Shown: positions 8,107 to 17,806 of the stretch, in pieces
Numbering within the stretch: position 1 is the stretch's first letter
How the letters are laid out: each line of letters starts with the position of its first letter
Source: Gammaproteobacteria bacterium
GTDB lineage: Bacteria; Pseudomonadota; Gammaproteobacteria; CBDBNL01; JAAOII01
NCBI GenBank assembly: GCA_965209035.1
Contig: OZ242372.1
Coordinates: forward strand, 256,001-320,000
DNA: 64,000 bases
Direction: 5' to 3'
Program-made: the position numbers and the translations under genes
The notes under the pieces: model-generated
What the model was told of the DNA's origin: nothing
Databases searched by the model: none
What the model saw: the letters and a program-made list of their open reading frames with translations, nothing else

Positions 8107-9621
8107 TTATTTTGTTTCTTCGCTCAGATCCAACAGATAAAAAGCAAACCTCGGGCTCGGCACCGCATACAAACTCATATTCGCGGAACCCAAATATTGC
8201 GGTGCCGTCTCCGACTGAGCCAACACGGGCGGTCTCGGATTGCGAAAACTGCCAAGGATGACAGGTTCTAACTCATCCGCGCTAAAACGCATATAAGCAT
8301 AGTGATTCTGACGCCCTGTCAAATGCCGATAAGGCAAGAGTTCCCCGGTGGCATAAGACAGGACCGCATGATCCATATAACTGCGTCCCATCAAGTGCGC
8401 ATCGGGATATTCTTCTTTCAGTTCGGATATTTTGGTTCTCAGTGAATCGTAATCAAAAAAGCGGGCGGCAAGAAGTGAATCCGTATAAGGATTGCGCCAC
8501 AATAAAATCACCCACAGACAGGCAAGAATCAACATATGAAAAGCATAATGACCCCGCAATATAACATCCGGCTGTTTTTTCCCCGTTCGGGTTACCGCGA
8601 AAAAGAGAACAACAAGAATGTAAGCGGAAAATACCATCCAATTCAATTCTATCTTGTTAGAAACGGAAAGTGCAAAAAAGAAAATAAGAGGCAGATAGCC
8701 CGCAAAAGCCAGATGCGCGAATTGCCGGTTTTGCCGGGAAAAGACAAGTCGCCAAACAACAAATGGGCCGATTGCCAACAAAAGGCCCGCCAAAACCTCG
8801 GGCAAGTAAAAGGATCCGCCGCTCAGCGATTGCCCCCGCCCCTGCCCCGCAGATTCCCGCGCCGAGTTCAGCAAATGCATCCCCTGATAGTAAAAAGAAT
8901 CACCGCTATAAACAAGGTTCCACCATAAAACGGGAGAAAAAATAAGAAATGCCAACAGCATCGCCAACCAGGGTTGCCCGCTTTGCAAAATATGACGCCG
9001 ACCGCTGCGGGTGGCAAGCACCCAAAGGAACGCAGACCCGCCCCACAGGATCGCATTGTATTTTGAAAGAAGCGCCGCCCCAAACCACAGACCGCACCAT
9101 ATCCAATCCCTGTTGCCTGTCTTTCCGCAATATGCCTTGTGAAAACTGAAGAGAAACAATGCCAAAAACAAACACAAGGGGGCATCCGGCGTCCATATCG
9201 CCGCATTCACAAAAACCATCGGTGTCACCAACATCGCATAACCAAAGAGCAATACGGATTTTCTATCCCTTGTCAGGTTAAACAACAGGCATGCCAAAAC
9301 GGCACTCGTCAAAACACCGCAGACATTGGCAAGCAAGCGCAGTTGTTCGCCGCCAATAGGTCCGCCCCCGGCAAGAGCGGACGGCAACCAGGCAACCATA
9401 GGCGGATGATCGTAATAAGACCAAGACAACCGCTGTGTCCAGGTCCAATAATAGGCCTCATCCGGATGCAGCGGCAGTTCTCGGTAAAACAAGTAACGGA
9501 AAATTAACGGCAACACAAGAAACACCAAAACAAGATGTGCGCCATATGCCGGCCGCCAAAGTCTTAAATTCGGGTAGGAGTTAATTTTTTCAAACATCAC
9601 AAACATCATTGCCAATTCCAA
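8107..9621 (-). CDS. GT-C fold glycosyltransferase (family 39/ArnT-like)
   Basis: DEAYYW, YYDHPPM, TPDAPL, LLSKY and many TM helices. Confidence 0.9.
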   Translation of the reverse strand: MELAMMFVMFEKINSYPNLRLWRPAYGAHLVLVFLVLPLIFRYLFYRELPLHPDEAYYWTWTQRLSWSYYDHPPMVAWLPSALAGGGPIGGEQLRLLANVCGVLTSAVLACLLFNLTRDRKSVLLFGYAMLVTPMVFVNAAIWTPDAPLCLFLALFLFSFHKAYCGKTGNRDWIWCGLWFGAALLSKYNAILWGGSAFLWVLATRSGRRHILQSGQPWLAMLLAFLIFSPVLWWNLVYSGDSFYYQGMHLLNSARESAGQGRGQSLSGGSFYLPEVLAGLLLAIGPFVVWRLVFSRQNRQFAHLAFAGYLPLIFFFALSVSNKIELNWMVFSAYILVVLFFAVTRTGKKQPDVILRGHYAFHMLILACLWVILLWRNPYTDSLLAARFFDYDSLRTKISELKEEYPDAHLMGRSYMDHAVLSYATGELLPYRHLTGRQNHYAYMRFSADELEPVILGSFRNPRPPVLAQSETAPQYLGSANMSLYAVPSPRFAFYLLDLSEETK

Positions 9622-9659
9622 AAAGTGCTGTCTTTCTCATCGGCGACACAAACAAGAGA

Positions 9660-10460
9660 TTAATTAAAACGCCAAACAAACTGCAAAAAATTGTACTCAA
9701 AGTTTGGGAAGCCCGCCTTCTCTCCTCCCGCCACCTTTAAAGAAACTTCCGGATACCACCGAAACACCGAGCGCAGCATCCAACGACTGCGCATGGAAGG
9801 CAACAGATCCCAACCGCCGACAAACCCCCAATGGGCATAGTATCTTCTGTAATTCTTGCCACTCTCCGGCGAATACCTCAGTTCGTCATAATTAAGACTA
9901 ACACCTACGAACGGGGAAAAACCGCGCACATAAGCATAGGATTCCAAAAGATCCAAACTATAGGCATGCCGTCCGAATGTATGTGTTCCATCGTCTGCGG
10001 ATACTTCAAATTGAAACGGCCTGTATGCCAGTTGCACAAAAGATTTTTGCCCCGGCTTGGCATAACTGCGCTTCCAAATAAATCCAATATCCCACTCCGT
10101 ATTGAGAATCGCCTCATCCGTCATCCGGTCCGCACCGGCCGTGCCGACCGAAGCGGCGATGCCCAGGCTTCCGTATGCATAGATCCCCTGATCCAACGGC
10201 TCCCGCTGTTCGGCAAACACGAATATGGGAGTCAACATAACAAAAATCAAAGTCAATAACTGTGCGGCTCTTTTTAAGATGCGGGCAAAGAACGGGATTG
10301 CAAACGGGGGCTTATTCAAGATGTTTAAGATGTTTAAGATGCTTAAGAGGTTTAAGATGTTTGACATTAATTTTATTATACTGATACAAACCCGTCTCGT
10401 CCCTCGCCGGAAATTTCCGGCCATCGGCAAGCATTTGGGGAGAACATTTGGAGAGAACAT
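9660..10460 (-). CDS. Hypothetical exported, beta-barrel-like outer membrane protein (true start probably downstream of 10460)
   Basis: Signal-like LLTLIFVMLTPIFVFA, alternating aromatic strands, C-terminus ..FVWRFN. Confidence 0.55.
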   Translation of the reverse strand: MFSPNVLPKCLPMAGNFRRGTRRVCISIIKLMSNILNLLSILNILNILNKPPFAIPFFARILKRAAQLLTLIFVMLTPIFVFAEQREPLDQGIYAYGSLGIAASVGTAGADRMTDEAILNTEWDIGFIWKRSYAKPGQKSFVQLAYRPFQFEVSADDGTHTFGRHAYSLDLLESYAYVRGFSPFVGVSLNYDELRYSPESGKNYRRYYAHWGFVGGWDLLPSMRSRWMLRSVFRWYPEVSLKVAGGEKAGFPNFEYNFLQFVWRFN

Positions 10461-10483
10461 TTGGGGAGAACATTTGGAGAGAG
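10318..10483. repeat. 9-bp repeat (AAGATGTTT x~5) and 13-bp repeat (CATTTGG(G/A)GAGAA x4)
   Basis: Read directly. The 13-bp units at 10432-10483 alternate G/A, giving a 26-bp higher-order dimer. Confidence 0.85.
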
Positions 10484-10539
10484 CATTGCGGTGCGAACAA
10501 ACACCGGGGTTTTGCTCATCGGTTCCAAAGAGCGTTTTC

Positions 10540-11562
10540 TTAAAATTCCCGCGGCAATCTCAACTTCAAACTGCGACCGGTCTTAAGAGATTCCTTTGCC
10601 ATCTGTGCCAAGTAAATAGCATTCACCCCGTCTATGGAGCGAAGTTCTTTTAAGAGTTTTTGATCCCCGGCAAGTGCCCGCACAAAACCCGTCAATTCCT
10701 GTTTATAAGATTGGGCGTATCTTTCCATAAAAAAGTGTTTTAGCGGTGCTCTGTGAATCCCGTTTTTGTTCGCCAAAATTAAATGATCCCTTTTTTGATT
10801 TGCGGTCTGCAGCATCCCTTTGGAACCAAAGATCTCTATACGCTGATCGTAACCATAGCAGGCGCGCAGACTGTTATGAATAGAAACCAAACAACCGCTT
10901 GCGGTCTTCATACTAATGAGCGCGCTGTCCGCATCTCCCGTCTCCCCCGCCTCCCCTGTGAGCGCGCCCGTTAGCACAGACGCCATTACGGCCAGACTCT
11001 CCGGCGGATCCGGCATCAAATGCAAAGCCATATCAAAATCGTGAATTGTCATGTCCATGAAAAGACCGCCCCATTGCCGGATATAAGCAAGCGGTGGCGG
11101 AGCCGGATCGCGACTGATAACCCGAATATGCTCCAAGCTGCCGACAGTTCGGATGCTCTCTTTTAGGAGAATATTGTCCCGATCAAACCTTCGATTAAAA
11201 CCGACCATCACCCTTCCGTCGTGCCGCTGGACATAAGAAGTACAATCCAACGCCTCTTGCAAGTTGCCGCACAAAGGCTTTTCACAGAAGACCGCCTTGC
11301 CGGCCCGCACCGCCCGCTTAATCATACCGCTATGTGTCGGCGTTGGCGTGCATAAAATTAAAAGGTCTGTTTTTTTATCCGCCAAAATCTCTTCCAAGTC
11401 ATGCGCCGGCGTGACATCGTATTTTTTGCACATCCGGGCAAGGAGAATCGGATTCGCTTCCGCAAGATAAGTCAGTCGGGCAGTCGGCATCACCGCAAGA
11501 TTTTCAGCGTGCAAGGAACCGATGCGTCCCAGCCCCAAAACCGCACAACCGATCGTCTTCAT
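10540..11562 (-). CDS. iolG: Inositol 2-dehydrogenase, diverged copy
   Basis: GLGRIG, CEKP, GFNRRFD, DMTIHDFD and YGYDQR. Confidence 0.85.
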   Translation of the reverse strand: MKTIGCAVLGLGRIGSLHAENLAVMPTARLTYLAEANPILLARMCKKYDVTPAHDLEEILADKKTDLLILCTPTPTHSGMIKRAVRAGKAVFCEKPLCGNLQEALDCTSYVQRHDGRVMVGFNRRFDRDNILLKESIRTVGSLEHIRVISRDPAPPPLAYIRQWGGLFMDMTIHDFDMALHLMPDPPESLAVMASVLTGALTGEAGETGDADSALISMKTASGCLVSIHNSLRACYGYDQRIEIFGSKGMLQTANQKRDHLILANKNGIHRAPLKHFFMERYAQSYKQELTGFVRALAGDQKLLKELRSIDGVNAIYLAQMAKESLKTGRSLKLRLPREF

Positions 11563-11762
11563 TACAGTCGTTTAACGCGGCCGGATAAGTTATTCAAACG
11601 GGTGTGTTTGGTGATCTGTTGCGCGCTGTGCTTCGCGCACCTCGTGATGTCTTCCGCGCTCGGCTTCCCACCCAGATTCCCGCTGTCCCGGATCGGCAAG
11701 AAGCACATCCGCATGCCCGAATGCTCGGCGTTACCAGTTGCCACTCTCAAATGTTTTGCCAT
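11562..11762 (-). pseudogene. Short ORF or chimeric remnant sharing its first 15 aa with 11807..12115
   Basis: Begins MAKHLRVATGNAEHS inside the 69-bp direct repeat, then becomes unrelated. Confidence 0.35.
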
Positions 11763-12138
11763 TAAAACACCGGATGAATAAAAATAACGCCGAACTTGAC
11801 CCCGGCCTAAAAAGCCGATGTAATGGTAAGAGTTAAAAGCACTACTATGACCATATAATTCAAGCCAAAAATTGCTCCCGCCGCAATCATAGTCCAATCC
11901 AATAACTTGATCTCCCTACGTCGCAGAGCCAGTGCTCTTTGAATAGCTGCCGCTAATCGCTCTTGTTCTTTGCGGTGGCGTTCCTCGCGTGCGTCACGTT
12001 CAGCCTTCTGTTGTGCATCACGTACTTCGCGCTCGGCCTCGCGCTGTTCCAGCCCGGCAAGAAACGCAGCCGAATGCTCGGCGTTACCGGTTGCCACTCT
12101 TAAATGTTTTGCCATTACAACACCGGATGAATAAAAAT
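11717..12138. repeat. 69-bp direct repeat pair (11717-11785 and 12070-12138)
   Basis: 66/69 identical by manual comparison. Confidence 0.92.
11807..12115 (-). CDS. Small protein: short head, charged coiled-coil, C-terminal TM anchor
   Basis: E/R/Q-rich helix followed by MIAAGAIFGLNYMVIVVLLTLTITSAF. Confidence 0.6.
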   Translation of the reverse strand: MAKHLRVATGNAEHSAAFLAGLEQREAEREVRDAQQKAERDAREERHRKEQERLAAAIQRALALRRREIKLLDWTMIAAGAIFGLNYMVIVVLLTLTITSAF

Positions 12139-12249
12139 TACGCGGAAATTTTTTCCGCCGAATACATGCTCCAGCCGGCTAATAGGCTCCGCAACCTAAA
12201 ATAAAACATACTTTAATTATATCAAAAAATCTTGCTTATAATTAACCTT

Positions 12250-13128
12250 ATGGAAACAGAAAAACATCTTTTAAGACCGCAACAACAAGGGCAATATCTT
12301 CATAAAATCAGTGCGCAAGATTATGCTTGGCGTTTCTTGGATTTTGCGGTACTGCATCTGACCGAGGGCTCCCGTTTTGAAATCCCTGCCGACAACAAAG
12401 AAAAAGCCCTGGTTCCGCTAAGCGGGCAATTTGGTGTCCAAACCGAATCGGCAACATTTTCGCTAAAACGCAAAAGTGTCTTTGAAGAGATGCCGCATGT
12501 CCTGTACTTGCCGCCGGGTATTCGGGGCGAAGTAACCGCAAACACCTCTTGTGAATTCGCCATAGGCGGTGCGCCCGCCACCGGCAAGTATCCCCTTCGT
12601 TGTTTTTCACCGGACGAGATGAAAAGAGAGGTGCGCGGTGGCGGCCCCGCCAAACGGCAAGTTAACCATGTTCTGGCATACCCGTTACCCGCCGAGAAAC
12701 TCATTTTGTTTGAGGTGCATGTTCCCGGCGGCGCATGGGCGGGATGGCCGCCGCACTGCCACGACGGTTTTGACGGCTCGGCTTACCTGGAAGAAACCTA
12801 TTTTTTTAGATTTCTGCCCGAAGAACACGGGTTTGGTTTTCAACGCAATTATCGGACGGACGAGCCTTTCAACGAAACCTTTACGGTGCGTCATAATGAT
12901 CTGGTGTTGGTAACCAAAGGATTTCATCCGACCGTCACCTCGCCGGGCAGCCGGATGTTCTTTCTGAATTACCTGGCGGGCGACCCGACCGATGCCGAAA
13001 GAGCAAGACCTCCGCTTGATGACCGGGATTGGACCCATATGAAAGAAAGCGAGGATTCTTGGAATGAAAACAGGTTTGAACTGCCGGCGTTTGACCGGGA
13101 CGGCAAGGCAGTTCATCCGAAGGATTAA
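12250..13128 (+). CDS. iolB: 5-deoxy-glucuronate isomerase
   Basis: RKSVFE, GWPPHCHD, YLEETYFF, VTKGFHP and LNYLAG (KduI/IolB family); iol context. Confidence 0.9.
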   Translation: METEKHLLRPQQQGQYLHKISAQDYAWRFLDFAVLHLTEGSRFEIPADNKEKALVPLSGQFGVQTESATFSLKRKSVFEEMPHVLYLPPGIRGEVTANTSCEFAIGGAPATGKYPLRCFSPDEMKREVRGGGPAKRQVNHVLAYPLPAEKLILFEVHVPGGAWAGWPPHCHDGFDGSAYLEETYFFRFLPEEHGFGFQRNYRTDEPFNETFTVRHNDLVLVTKGFHPTVTSPGSRMFFLNYLAGDPTDAERARPPLDDRDWTHMKESEDSWNENRFELPAFDRDGKAVHPKD

Positions 13129-13210
13129 TTTTTTGATTTTTAACGCGGAAGTTTTTATTAGTACCTTAATCCGCGGCAATTTACCCGGCTTCATTTTGCC
13201 GGGTGTCTTT

Positions 13211-13885
13211 TTAACCGGCTTTTATAGACTCCGGCAAGTCGGCAAAACGATTCAAAATTAAAGTAGGTTCCCTTTCCCAAGGATCCAAAACCACCGTCGG
13301 GTTTCTTTGAATCCAAACAGCCTTCATTCCAAAGAACACAGCCCCAAGAACATCAAAGGAGTTGGCGGAGACAAGCCACACATTCTCCGGCAGACAGCCC
13401 GCCCGTTTGGCAAAATGCCGATACACAGCCGGATCCGGCTTAAAACTTGACACTTCTTCCGTGCTGACGATGTCCCGAAAATGATGGAGAATATTGGCAT
13501 CCCGCAACAGAGTTTTGACGGCGGCGGCGGGACCGTTTGAAAAGGCAAAGAGCGAATAATCCTCATCCCGTAATTTTTGAAGGGTCGGCGCAACATCCGG
13601 GAAAGCGGGCAGAGTTGCATAAGCACTCATCAAGACTTCCATATCCTCCGGACTCAAAGCAACCCCATAGTAAGCGGCGGTGTACTCCAAAGATTGTCGG
13701 GTGCATTCGGTAAAACTGACATAGCATTTCATCAGCCCCCGCCGAAAAGAATATTCCAATTGTTTGGCGCGCCACAGGCGAGAAAACGAAACAGGATCCT
13801 GCGTGTGTTCGCTCAGTGCTTTCTCGACGCCATTGATATCTGTCAGCGTGCCGTAAACATCAAACGCCAGGACCTTCTTGCTCAT
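13211..13885 (-). CDS. Haloacid dehalogenase type II (L-2-haloacid dehalogenase-like)
   Basis: AFDVYGTL, WRAKQLEYS, FSNG, KPDPAVY and VSANSFDV. Confidence 0.88.
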   Translation of the reverse strand: MSKKVLAFDVYGTLTDINGVEKALSEHTQDPVSFSRLWRAKQLEYSFRRGLMKCYVSFTECTRQSLEYTAAYYGVALSPEDMEVLMSAYATLPAFPDVAPTLQKLRDEDYSLFAFSNGPAAAVKTLLRDANILHHFRDIVSTEEVSSFKPDPAVYRHFAKRAGCLPENVWLVSANSFDVLGAVFFGMKAVWIQRNPTVVLDPWEREPTLILNRFADLPESIKAG

Positions 13886-13907
13886 TGTGATTCCAAAGAG
13901 CGTCTTC

Positions 13908-14921
13908 TTAAAATTCCTGCGGTAGTCTCAACTTCAAACTGCGACCGGCCTTAAGAGATTCCTTTGCCATCTGTGCCAAGTACATAGCGTTCACCCCGTC
14001 TATGGAACAAAGTTCTTTTAAGAGTTTTTGATCCCCCGCAAGAGCCCGGATAAAACCCGCCAATTCCTCCGTATAAGATTGGGCGTATCTTTCCAGAAAA
14101 AAGTGTTTTAAGGCCGCCCTGTGAATCCCGCTTTTGTTCGCCAAAATCAAATGATCCTTTTTTTGATTTGCGGTCTGCAGCATCCCCTTGGAACCAAAGA
14201 TCTCTATACGCTGATCGTAACCATAGCTGGCGCGCCGACTGTTATGAATAGAGACCAAACAGCCGCTTACGGTCTTCATACTAACGAGCGCGCTGTCCAT
14301 ATCGCCCGCCTCCCCTATGGACGCATCCGTCAGCACAGATGCCATTACGGTCAGTCTCTCCGGCGGATCCGGCATCAAATGCAAAGCCATATCAAAATCG
14401 TGAATTGTCATGTCCATGAAAAGGCCGCCCGATTGCCGGATATAAGCAAGCGGCGGCGGAGCCGGATCGCGGCTAATAATTTGAATATGCTCCAAGCTGC
14501 CAACAGTGCGGCTGCTCTCTTTTAGAAGAATATTATCCGGATCAAACCTGCGGTTAAAACCGACCATCATCTTGCCGCCGTGCCGCCGGACATAAGAAAC
14601 ACAATCCAACGCCTCTTGCAAACTGCCACACAAAGGCTTTTCGCAAAAGACCGCCTTGCCGGCCCGCACCGCTCGCTTAATCATACCGCTATGTGTCGGC
14701 GTCGGCGTGCATAAAACTAAAAGTTCTGTTTTTTCATCCGCCAAAATCTCTTCCAAGTTATGAGCCGGCGCAACATCGTATTTTTTGCAGATCTTGGCAA
14801 GGACACTCGGATTCTCTTCCGCAAGATAAGTCAGTCGGGCAGTCGGCATCACCGCAAGATTTGCAACATGCAAAGAGCCGATGCGACCCAGCCCCAAAAC
14901 CGCACAACCGATCGTCTTCAT
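13908..14921 (-). CDS. iolG: Inositol 2-dehydrogenase, canonical copy
   Basis: GLGRIG, CEKP, SGGLFMDMTIHDFD and NSRRASYGYDQR. Confidence 0.92.
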   Translation of the reverse strand: MKTIGCAVLGLGRIGSLHVANLAVMPTARLTYLAEENPSVLAKICKKYDVAPAHNLEEILADEKTELLVLCTPTPTHSGMIKRAVRAGKAVFCEKPLCGSLQEALDCVSYVRRHGGKMMVGFNRRFDPDNILLKESSRTVGSLEHIQIISRDPAPPPLAYIRQSGGLFMDMTIHDFDMALHLMPDPPERLTVMASVLTDASIGEAGDMDSALVSMKTVSGCLVSIHNSRRASYGYDQRIEIFGSKGMLQTANQKKDHLILANKSGIHRAALKHFFLERYAQSYTEELAGFIRALAGDQKLLKELCSIDGVNAMYLAQMAKESLKAGRSLKLRLPQEF

Positions 14922-15017
14922 TACGGTCGTTTACCGCGGCCGGATAAGTGATTCAAAATGAGGAGCAAGAAAAAATCTGCGTTACTCTTGCTCTTGCCCT
15001 TACTCTTGCCCTTGCCT

Positions 15018-15890
15018 TTATAAGGACGAGCGAATAAAATCAGCCGCCTGTTTTGCCAGAGGAGCCGGCGGCGCCTTGCTCGGGTCCTGTTCCGCTTCCA
15101 CTACCAACCAGCCGTTGTAATCGGCAAGGCGGATTTCATTCAAGATAGAGACAAAATCCAACCCGCCGTCGCTCGGCACGGTAAATGTTCCGTTAATCAC
15201 CCCGTCCATAAAGCTGCTGTCCTCGTTCTTAACATGGGTGATTTCCGCGGGGCGCACATCTTTGAGATGAATATGATTGATGCGCTCCCGATACAACCGA
15301 AAGATTTCTTTCGGATCGGCACCCGCATAGAACAAATGCCCCGTATCAAACAACAGGTTAACTTCCCGGGTGCCTTCCAACATTTTGGCAATATCTTCGG
15401 CGGTTTCCACTACAGTCCCCATATGTGCATGATAACTCAGTTCCAAACCAATATCCTTTGTTCGGCGAGCCAGTTCATCCAATCGCCTTAAAAACATCCG
15501 CCATTCGTCTTTTGATAATTTGCGTCTCCGCGACACAGGGCACTTTCTGTCCGAATGCACACTGCTGCCAATTGTTTCCGCCACGATAACCCGGTTGCAA
15601 TGCATGCCGATTAACAGATCGCGATGCGCTTGCATGACTTGGAATTCCGCAGCCGCATCTCGTCCCAGAAGCCCGGCGTCATACCAGCCACTGGCAAGTT
15701 TCAACCCGTGCGGTTCCAAAAGCGCACTCAGGGCATCCGCCCGTTTGGGGAACTGCGCTCCCATTTCCACGCCGTCATAACCCGCGGCGGCCGCCTCGGT
15801 AAAAAACTTCTCCAAAGAATTCTCTTTGCCTAGCTCCGGCATATCGTCATTACGCCAGTTGATCGGGCTCACCGCCAATTCGTATCTCAT
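15018..15890 (-). CDS. iolE: Myo-inosose-2 dehydratase
   Basis: SPINWRNDDMPELG, YHAHMGT, FDTGH, HLKDVR and VVEAEQDP; start reassigned to the ATG at 15890. Confidence 0.93.
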   Translation of the reverse strand: MRYELAVSPINWRNDDMPELGKENSLEKFFTEAAAAGYDGVEMGAQFPKRADALSALLEPHGLKLASGWYDAGLLGRDAAAEFQVMQAHRDLLIGMHCNRVIVAETIGSSVHSDRKCPVSRRRKLSKDEWRMFLRRLDELARRTKDIGLELSYHAHMGTVVETAEDIAKMLEGTREVNLLFDTGHLFYAGADPKEIFRLYRERINHIHLKDVRPAEITHVKNEDSSFMDGVINGTFTVPSDGGLDFVSILNEIRLADYNGWLVVEAEQDPSKAPPAPLAKQAADFIRSSL

Positions 15891-15906
15891 CGCAGTTTCT
15901 GTTAAC

Positions 15907-17766
15907 TTATGTCTGTCTCTGCCGGCTCTTACCGGCAAGATTCTTCTTATAAGCCGCAAGCACCGCCTTGGAATCGGATACTTCCGGCACACCCACTTCC
16001 CACCAACAGCCGCCTTCGGTGGTTGTGAGGTCGGCACTCGTATCCAAAAGAATCATATAAACACCGGCGCACCGAACCGAGCGTTTCAAGGCATCGGGCA
16101 GTTCGTTTAAGTTCTCCAATTTTTCCGCCACAGCCCCAAGACTTTCGGCATGCTTCACAAAATCAATTTCAAGTTTGTTCGCATGCGCCGTATTGGGATC
16201 CTGTAACAGATTATTGAATTTCTCGCCGCCGCATCCCTGCTGCAACCGACTGATACAACCAAACCCCCGGTTATCCAAAACAATCAAGTTAATCTTAAGA
16301 CCCATCGCAACAGCCGTAGCAATTTCCGAATTAAGCATCAGGTAACTGCCGTCCCCGACCACTACAAACACCTCGCGTTCCGGGCAAGCCATCTTCACAC
16401 CCAGACCGGCCGCTATCTCATACCCCATACAAGAATAGCCGTATTCCATATGATAATCCTCGCGACTCCGGTTGCGCCAGTGCCTGTGCAATTCCGCGGG
16501 CAGACTGCCGGCGGCACAAACTACCGTAGAATTCTCATCGGCAAAAGTATTCAGAACCCGCACAACCTGCGCATCGCTCGGCAAACCCTTGCCGTCATAA
16601 CGACAAAATCTGTCGGACACGGCATCCCATTCCAACCGCCTTTTTGTCAATGCCGTTTTGTAATCCGCCGAAGTTTGCCAATTCCCGAGTTCCTCCGTCA
16701 GTGCCTTCAAGCCGACCCGGGCATCCGCCAACAGCGGCAGCGCGGTATGCTTAACAGCATCAAAAGTACAACTATTGAGTTGAATAAGCCGCATCTCCGG
16801 ATTCCCAAACAAACTGCGCGAACCTGTGGTGAAGTCCTGTAGCCTGGTACCGACCGCCAAAATAACATCCGCCTCCCCGGCAAAACGATTGGCAACACCG
16901 GTTCCTGTGACGCCGATTGCCCCGACATCATAAGGATCCGCATGCAACATCACGCCCTTCCCCGCCTGTGTCTGTGCCACCGCCACACCATGCTTGGATG
17001 CAAAAGCGGCAAGATCTTCCTCCGCTTGAGAATAAAGAACCCCGCCGCCGGCAATAATCAGCGGCTTCTTTGCATTCCGCATCGCTGTCAGCGCCGCCGC
17101 CAGTTCTCTCGTATCCGGCGAAAGACGGCGTCCGTAACGGACATTCTCCCGGAAAAAATCCAAAGGATAATCATAAGCAAGTGCTTGCACATCCTGCGGC
17201 AAGCAGATGGTCGCCGGTCCCCGACTTTGCGGATCCAACAAAATACTTAATGCCTGCGGCAAACTCTGCAGCAACTGTTCCGGCCGGGTGATCCTGTCCC
17301 AGAAACGGGAAACCGGTCTGAAACAGTCATTAACGGAAATCGTCGGATCCCAACCGCTCTCGCTTTGTTGCAACACCGGGTCCGGCTGTCGCCCGGCAAA
17401 AATGTCGCCGGGTAAAAAAAGCACCGGCAGTCTGTTCACATAGGCAAGCGCGGCGGCGGTCACCATATTGGTGGCGCCCGGTCCTATGGAACTGGTGCAA
17501 AACATCATCCGGCGGCAACGCCTTGCCTTGGCATATGCAATTGCGGCATGCGCCATACTTTGTTCGTTGTGTCCTCTGTAAAGGGGAAGTTCTTTTCTAA
17601 AAGCAAACAGAGCCTCGCCCAGGGCGGGAACATTACCGTGTCCGAAAATACCAAAGCCGCCGGCAAACAGCCGCTCCGATTCTTTGTGTTCGGAATCTGT
17701 ATATATTCTTTGGGATGCCAGGTAACGCACCAGGGCTTGCGCCGCGGTCAATCGAATTGTTTTCAT
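15907..17766 (-). CDS. iolD: 3D-(3,5/4)-trihydroxycyclohexane-1,2-dione hydrolase (TPP-dependent)
   Basis: IFGHGNV, NEQSMAHAA, SSIGPGATN, EYGYSCMGYE and GDGSYLM. Confidence 0.96.
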   Translation of the reverse strand: MKTIRLTAAQALVRYLASQRIYTDSEHKESERLFAGGFGIFGHGNVPALGEALFAFRKELPLYRGHNEQSMAHAAIAYAKARRCRRMMFCTSSIGPGATNMVTAAALAYVNRLPVLFLPGDIFAGRQPDPVLQQSESGWDPTISVNDCFRPVSRFWDRITRPEQLLQSLPQALSILLDPQSRGPATICLPQDVQALAYDYPLDFFRENVRYGRRLSPDTRELAAALTAMRNAKKPLIIAGGGVLYSQAEEDLAAFASKHGVAVAQTQAGKGVMLHADPYDVGAIGVTGTGVANRFAGEADVILAVGTRLQDFTTGSRSLFGNPEMRLIQLNSCTFDAVKHTALPLLADARVGLKALTEELGNWQTSADYKTALTKRRLEWDAVSDRFCRYDGKGLPSDAQVVRVLNTFADENSTVVCAAGSLPAELHRHWRNRSREDYHMEYGYSCMGYEIAAGLGVKMACPEREVFVVVGDGSYLMLNSEIATAVAMGLKINLIVLDNRGFGCISRLQQGCGGEKFNNLLQDPNTAHANKLEIDFVKHAESLGAVAEKLENLNELPDALKRSVRCAGVYMILLDTSADLTTTEGGCWWEVGVPEVSDSKAVLAAYKKNLAGKSRQRQT

Positions 17767-17777
17767 ATTTTTAGGGA

Positions 17778-17806
17778 ATTATATACAATACTCCCTAAAT
17801 TGCCAA
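17778..17806 (-). promoter_or_regulatory. Outward-facing sigma70-like promoter upstream of iolD
   Basis: TTGGCA (17806-17801), 17 nt spacer, TATAAT (17783-17778), ending 11 nt before the iolD ATG. Confidence 0.6.

Noticed and set aside
11717-12138. Integron attC sites or prophage att sites
   Set aside because: The repeats are direct, lack attC palindromic structure and have no integrase nearby.
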